Shown here: positions 62,015 through 64,000 of the stretch, one piece after another | Numbering within the stretch: position 1 is the first letter of the stretch | How the letters are laid out: the number at the start of each line of letters is the position of its first letter | NCBI GenBank assembly: GCA_902538155.1 | Contig: CACBDX010000002.1 | Coordinates: forward strand, 2,427 to 66,426 | Length of the DNA stretch: 64,000 nt | Source: an uncultured Alphaproteobacteria bacterium | GTDB lineage: Bacteria > Pseudomonadota > Alphaproteobacteria > HIMB59 > GCA-002718135 | Reading direction: 5' to 3' | The notes under the pieces: model-generated | What the model was told of the DNA's origin: nothing | Database searches by the model: none | What the model saw: the letters and a program-made list of their open reading frames with translations, nothing else | Made by a program: the position numbers and the translations under genes

Positions 62015-62538
62015 TGTAGAACTTCATTTATATGTTTGTTAGGAGGAAAAATAGGGTAGAATACTTTTTTAACAATATTTTTTTCAACAATAAGAGTTGA
62101 TCTTTTAAAATAAACTTTGTTTTCAATTTCAAAATGTGGCATTTTTAATGTATTGAGCAAAATATTTTCTGAATCACTTAAAACATCATAAGGAATTACT
62201 AATCTATCTGTCATTTCCTTAATATAATCTATTGTTTGAGTTGATATTCCTATAGGCAGCGCATTAAGTTTGATTAATTCTTCATAATTATCTCTAAAAC
62301 TACAAGTCTCCACAGTACAGCCAATGGCTCCCGGAGTTTGATTCCAATTTTTAGGTAAACTTTCATTTGGATTACCTGTCATAGGATAAAAATATAAAAT
62401 TAAACGAAAAGTGTCAGATCTTTTTATTTTTAATAGATTACCCTGTTGATTTTTAAGAGAAATATCCGGCAAAAACTTATTTAAAAGATGATCAGCTTTT
62501 CCATCGTTTTGCGGTTTAGGAAATTTGCTATAATCCAT
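61996..62538 (-). CDS. Peroxiredoxin (BCP-like)
   Basis: YFYP…PGAIGCT…C.FRD, KR.TL, VFYP.FPP; ATG 62538. Confidence 0.85.
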   Translation of the reverse strand: MDYSKFPKPQNDGKADHLLNKFLPDISLKNQQGNLLKIKRSDTFRLILYFYPMTGNPNESLPKNWNQTPGAIGCTVETCSFRDNYEELIKLNALPIGISTQTIDYIKEMTDRLVIPYDVLSDSENILLNTLKMPHFEIENKVYFKRSTLIVEKNIVKKVFYPIFPPNKHINEVLQWLKEN

Positions 62539-62586
62539 ACTAATTTGTCTTGTATAATTCAATTCTATATACCATAAGATACTTTT

Positions 62587-63525
62587 ATGACTCAAATTAA
62601 ACCTCTATCTAGTATGGAAACTCCTCGCTTTGCTGATGTTGCTACTTTTTTTCGCTTACCTGTTGTGAAAGATTTAAATAAATTAGATTACTGTATTGCA
62701 GGTGTACCATGGGATGGGGGAACTACTAATAGGCCTGGAGCTAGACATGGGCCAAGAGAAATTAGAAATGCATCATCACTTGTAAGGCTTTATCACCCCG
62801 TTTCACTTAAGAGTCCTTATGATAAATTTAATATTGCAGATATTGGTGATTGTCCCATAAATCCAGCAGACTTAAATGATAGTTTAGATAAAATAGAAAA
62901 ATTTTATTCAAATATTTATAATTCCAAAACAATTCCATTATCAATTGGAGGTGATCATTTAATTAGCTTACCAATTTTAAGAGGTATTGCAAAAGAAAAA
63001 CCAATAGGTTTATTTCAGTTTGATTCTCATTCTGATACTTGGGATTCCTATTTTGGAGGATTTAAATATACTCACGGTACACCTTTTAGACGAGCTATTG
63101 AAGAAAATCTTATTGATCCAGAAAAATATGTAATACTAGGGGTTAGGGGTGCATTATATGATCCAAATGATTTAACATGGGCTAGAGAACAAGGTGTAAC
63201 TATTATTAGTATAGATGAATATTATGAAATGGGGTTTAGTAAATGTGTTGAAAAAATTTATACCGTTTTAGGTAACACAGATACTTATTTTACTTTTGAT
63301 ATAGATGGAATTGATCCTACCTTTGCACCAGGAACTGGAACACCAGAAGTTGGTGGTTTTAATGTGAGGGAAGCTCAAACTATTATTAGAGCTCTAAATA
63401 AATTAAATTTAGTTGGTGGCGATGTTGTAGAAGTATCACCACCATTTGATCTTAATAATATGACTTCACTTGTTGGGGCAACAATTGCTTTTGAAATACT
63501 TTGTAGTATGACTAAGGTAAATTAA
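62587..63525 (+). CDS. speB: Agmatinase/ureohydrolase
   Basis: GARHGP, GGDH, DSHSD, HGTPF, DIDGIDP..APGTG. Confidence 0.88.
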   Translation: MTQIKPLSSMETPRFADVATFFRLPVVKDLNKLDYCIAGVPWDGGTTNRPGARHGPREIRNASSLVRLYHPVSLKSPYDKFNIADIGDCPINPADLNDSLDKIEKFYSNIYNSKTIPLSIGGDHLISLPILRGIAKEKPIGLFQFDSHSDTWDSYFGGFKYTHGTPFRRAIEENLIDPEKYVILGVRGALYDPNDLTWAREQGVTIISIDEYYEMGFSKCVEKIYTVLGNTDTYFTFDIDGIDPTFAPGTGTPEVGGFNVREAQTIIRALNKLNLVGGDVVEVSPPFDLNNMTSLVGATIAFEILCSMTKVN

Positions 63526-63544
63526 TTTTAAAAATATTTATTTA

Positions 63545-64000
63545 CTAAACATCAATCATACTTCTCTCATCAAGAAGATTTTCTTTTATTAGATTATCCC
63601 ATAATTCTTTTGGTATAGGATGATTTAAATTTTCAAAGTTCTGTTTGATTTGTTCAATTCTATCAATACCTAATATCATAGATGATATTAATTTATTAGA
63701 GTACGAAAATTGGAGTGCTGCAGCGGGCACAGGAACATCGTACTGTAAACAAATTTTAGATATTCTTTGATATTTTTCTTTTATATCAATTGGTATTTTA
63801 TCATACCTGTAAGTTATTTGATCACCAATACCTTTTGCTAAAATTCCTGAATTGAAAACACCGCCTAAAATTATTCCAATATTATTTTTTTTTGCAATTG
63901 GAAAAAATTCATTGAGTGCAGTTTGATCTAAAAGTGTATATCTTCCTGCAAGAAGCATACAATCAAAATCACCTTCATTAGCAAATCTTGCACAGATATC
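63545..64000 (-). CDS. Aldo/keto reductase, 5'-truncated by the window
   Basis: Frame is open to the window end; DFDCMLLAGRYTLL, GGVFNSGIL, AAALQF. Confidence 0.85.
   Translation of the reverse strand, partial: DICARFANEGDFDCMLLAGRYTLLDQTALNEFFPIAKKNNIGIILGGVFNSGILAKGIGDQITYRYDKIPIDIKEKYQRISKICLQYDVPVPAAALQFSYSNKLISSMILGIDRIEQIKQNFENLNHPIPKELWDNLIKENLLDERSMIDV

Noticed and set aside
1..64000. tRNA, rRNA, riboswitch or selenoprotein signals
   Set aside because: Intergenic gaps are short and AT-rich with no cloverleaf or conserved aptamer seen, and MsrA and the peroxiredoxin use Cys codons. An Infernal/Rfam scan would be the decisive check.

Overview
A very AT-rich, densely packed chromosomal segment from a genome-streamlined alphaproteobacterium. 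Class I LysRS, ALA synthase, a split PntAA/AB/B, CobT, GcrA-like and COQ9-like genes point to this group. Having both pfkA and pyk suggests an HIMB59/AEGEAN-169-like marine lineage rather than typical Pelagibacter; this is inference. About 70 protein genes are present, mostly housekeeping or metabolic: queuosine salvage, heme synthesis, transhydrogenase, glycolysis, a saccharopine pair, a peptide-type ABC transporter and uvrB/nth. I found no tRNA, rRNA, CRISPR array, integrase or transposase. The most notable signals are: (1) a non-flagellar MotA/MotB(OmpA)-type pair whose MotB has an internally repeated coiled coil, followed by a secreted pentapeptide protein and an unannotated 52-aa lipoprotein; (2) a 74-aa GcrA lacking its DNA-binding domain, preceded by NrdR-box-like motifs 32 bp apart; (3) a YhhQ plus GGSLG-type TGT, suggesting direct queuine salvage; (4) a probable HemC-HemD fusion in a near-complete heme cluster; (5) an LKR/SDH pair; (6) a MarR operator heading a lysS-pyrD operon. 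All family assignments come from motif recognition by eye, with no database searches.
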